From: Nematocida ausubeli
Taxonomy: Eukaryota
Assembly (NCBI RefSeq): GCF_000738915.1
Contig: NW_026515635.1
Location: forward strand, 62,001 to 126,000
Reading direction: 5' to 3'
DNA length: 64,000 bases
Shown: positions 62,247 through 64,000 of the stretch, in pieces
Numbering within the stretch: position 1 is the first letter of the stretch
How the letters are laid out: the number at the start of each line of letters is the position of its first letter
The notes under the pieces: generated by a model
What the model saw: only the letters and a program-made list of their open reading frames with translations
What the model was told of the DNA's origin: nothing
Databases searched by the model: none
Made by a program: the position numbers and the translations under genes

Positions 62247-63680
62247 ATGAAGTGCCAACTAGCTGCAGAACCCATGAAAAGAACTGAGTATTTTGCGACA
62301 CTGTGCAAGCTAGTGCACTTAAGCCCAAAGAACCCTATGCCCCTCACGGAAATAGTTGAACTCTACAAGAAAGGCAGTCTCTCAGGGAGCATAAATTACT
62401 ACAGAGCAATTCTTAAGAGAAGAAGGATTGTTTATGCTTCAATTAAGGCAAGTATACAGGAGACACTTAAAAATACTTCTGTACCATGTGATAAAATAAG
62501 TATATATGAAGAGTTATACAGTGCCAGCCTAGTGACAGACCAAGAAATACTTGAAATATTTAGGGAATTCTCGCAGGTGCACCCGAATGAGATGTTCTCT
62601 GCCTTGGAAGACCCAGATAGTTTCCTGTTGAAAATATGCCGTCTTATAAGGACAGATTTCTCAGAGAGTGTTTGTGTAATATCCAGGACCATGCTAGAGT
62701 GTAATATGCACATGCTCCTGGAATATATCAGTAAAAGAGAGCACTCTAAGACACTAAAGTACTTGATCAAGGATATTGAAGGAATGGGGTACCTTAAGGA
62801 GAATATTCTAATTAGTCTAGTGGAAGGCGTTGATACTTTGGAGGGAATTAAGGATATGCTTAACAAGGTGATAACCCTGCATATAAGCCTGACTAAAATC
62901 GATTTTACATTAGTCCTTCTAACACCCATCATGGAGCACATTAAGGAAAGACTCTCTGAGAGACTAAATTCCTGTGGGAGTGACTTGGCAGCAGAGGTTC
63001 TGTTTGGGATTATTTCCAGCAGAGGAAGGGAACTAGTTGAAAATGTACAGGAAATTGGAAGGGATAAGGGCAAGAGTAAAGTGCAATTACAAGGAGACGT
63101 ACTGGATTTCTTGCTGTCACTGCTGCCATACGACAGTGTAATACACACACTAGCACTAAGTATATCTAGAGACTGCATTTTATACAGGTCTGACAGGAAT
63201 GAACTAATTCGCATACTGGAAGGCAAATTAGGGTTCTACAGGGCATCCAGCATAGGAATCATAAAAAGAGACTTTGAATATTTCTGTGGAATTAAAGTTA
63301 GTGAGGCAGATGTATTTGAAGATGTCCTTAAGGGAACATGCATTCCCAGAGAAGTATTTCTAGGGGGAACTGTGCAGATTGAGAATTTTATTGTCTCAGA
63401 GCATTACTGGCCGGAGAATAATTATCAGTCATGGGATGACTTATTAGGCGGGGCAGGTGCATGGGGGGATAAGCAAGGGGTGAAGAATAATTTGAATGAA
63501 CAAATTTCATTGGAATATTCTGACAAGCATACGTACCTGGATGTGAGTGTAGAGGTGGGTGGGAAGGTGGTTGATTTATCAGTTCCCATACGGTATGTGG
63601 AATATTTGTATAGCCAGGATATGCCGCAGGATGAGATAAATATTATCAAGGAGTTTTGGGCGCATGTCATGCAGGCGTAG
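62247..63680 (+). CDS. Anaphase-promoting complex subunit 2 (cullin-homology)-like, reduced
   Basis: L.KID...VLL..I.E.IK..L..R, DVLDFLLSL, L..KLG......II.RD, IVSEHYWP parallel APC2 (LDPS.VIL....IR.YL..R, DII.LL.SI, LK.RFG...EVM.KD, ILS..FWP). Confidence 0.6.
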   Translation: MKCQLAAEPMKRTEYFATLCKLVHLSPKNPMPLTEIVELYKKGSLSGSINYYRAILKRRRIVYASIKASIQETLKNTSVPCDKISIYEELYSASLVTDQEILEIFREFSQVHPNEMFSALEDPDSFLLKICRLIRTDFSESVCVISRTMLECNMHMLLEYISKREHSKTLKYLIKDIEGMGYLKENILISLVEGVDTLEGIKDMLNKVITLHISLTKIDFTLVLLTPIMEHIKERLSERLNSCGSDLAAEVLFGIISSRGRELVENVQEIGRDKGKSKVQLQGDVLDFLLSLLPYDSVIHTLALSISRDCILYRSDRNELIRILEGKLGFYRASSIGIIKRDFEYFCGIKVSEADVFEDVLKGTCIPREVFLGGTVQIENFIVSEHYWPENNYQSWDDLLGGAGAWGDKQGVKNNLNEQISLEYSDKHTYLDVSVEVGGKVVDLSVPIRYVEYLYSQDMPQDEINIIKEFWAHVMQA

Positions 63681-64000
63681 TGCGTGTAGATTAATAAATT
63701 CAGGTGGTTTAGTAGTTTTATGGGATATATTTATGGCATAATAGTGGATTATTATTTGTTACTAAGTTCGTGACAAAGGTATTATTCTGTATATATTTGT
63801 AGGTTATTATTGAAGTATTTACGAGTAAATTTAGTGAAATAAACCATATTACGTTGTATTTTGGTGTACTTTGGTGTATTTTGGCTCACTTACTATCTAT
63901 TGGGATATAACCCTTTATAGCCCGAGGTGGGTAAATATGTATTCTTACTGAATGAAATTTATCTAATTCTTGTGCGCATTGTATATGTAATATATGTGTG

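Overview
Compact, apparently intronless eukaryotic DNA from a microsporidian, most likely Nematocida. The assignment rests on shortened, divergent fungal-type core genes, tiny intergenic gaps, CCC motifs before start codons and a Nematocida-type large secreted gene family. Recognisable core genes are SRP54 (3' end), Rab GDI, EFR3-like, EPL1, a bacterial-type cytidylate kinase, CAF40/Rcd1, a PSP1-domain protein, RPL3, DcpS, a WD40 protein, a TPP1/Est3-like OB protein, RPB9, a minimal FIP1, RPL15, a forkhead factor, UTP14, PSF3, tRNA-Gln(CTG), Prp9/SF3A3-like, PP4R3/Psy2, a Bur1/CDK9-like kinase and APC2-like. Interspersed are lineage-specific genes: four members of one signal-peptide family, a tandem pair of ~1000-1140 aa secreted-type paralogs with NLS-like motifs (a third copy is probably hidden in a 630-N gap), and several membrane proteins. 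The non-coding structure is the most unexplained part. It includes a ~4.6 kb domain (43.0-47.6 kb) whose spacers are filled with a degenerate 20-bp satellite in both orientations (candidate centromere-like domain), a ~70-bp TGTTGC...GCAACA element in 5 copies near gene-family islands, a rod-like ~230-nt fold-back after RPL3, a thrice-repeated hairpin plus T-tract, and a recurrent TTCGGGTTAT intergenic motif. All product calls come from motifs recognised by eye; no database search was run.
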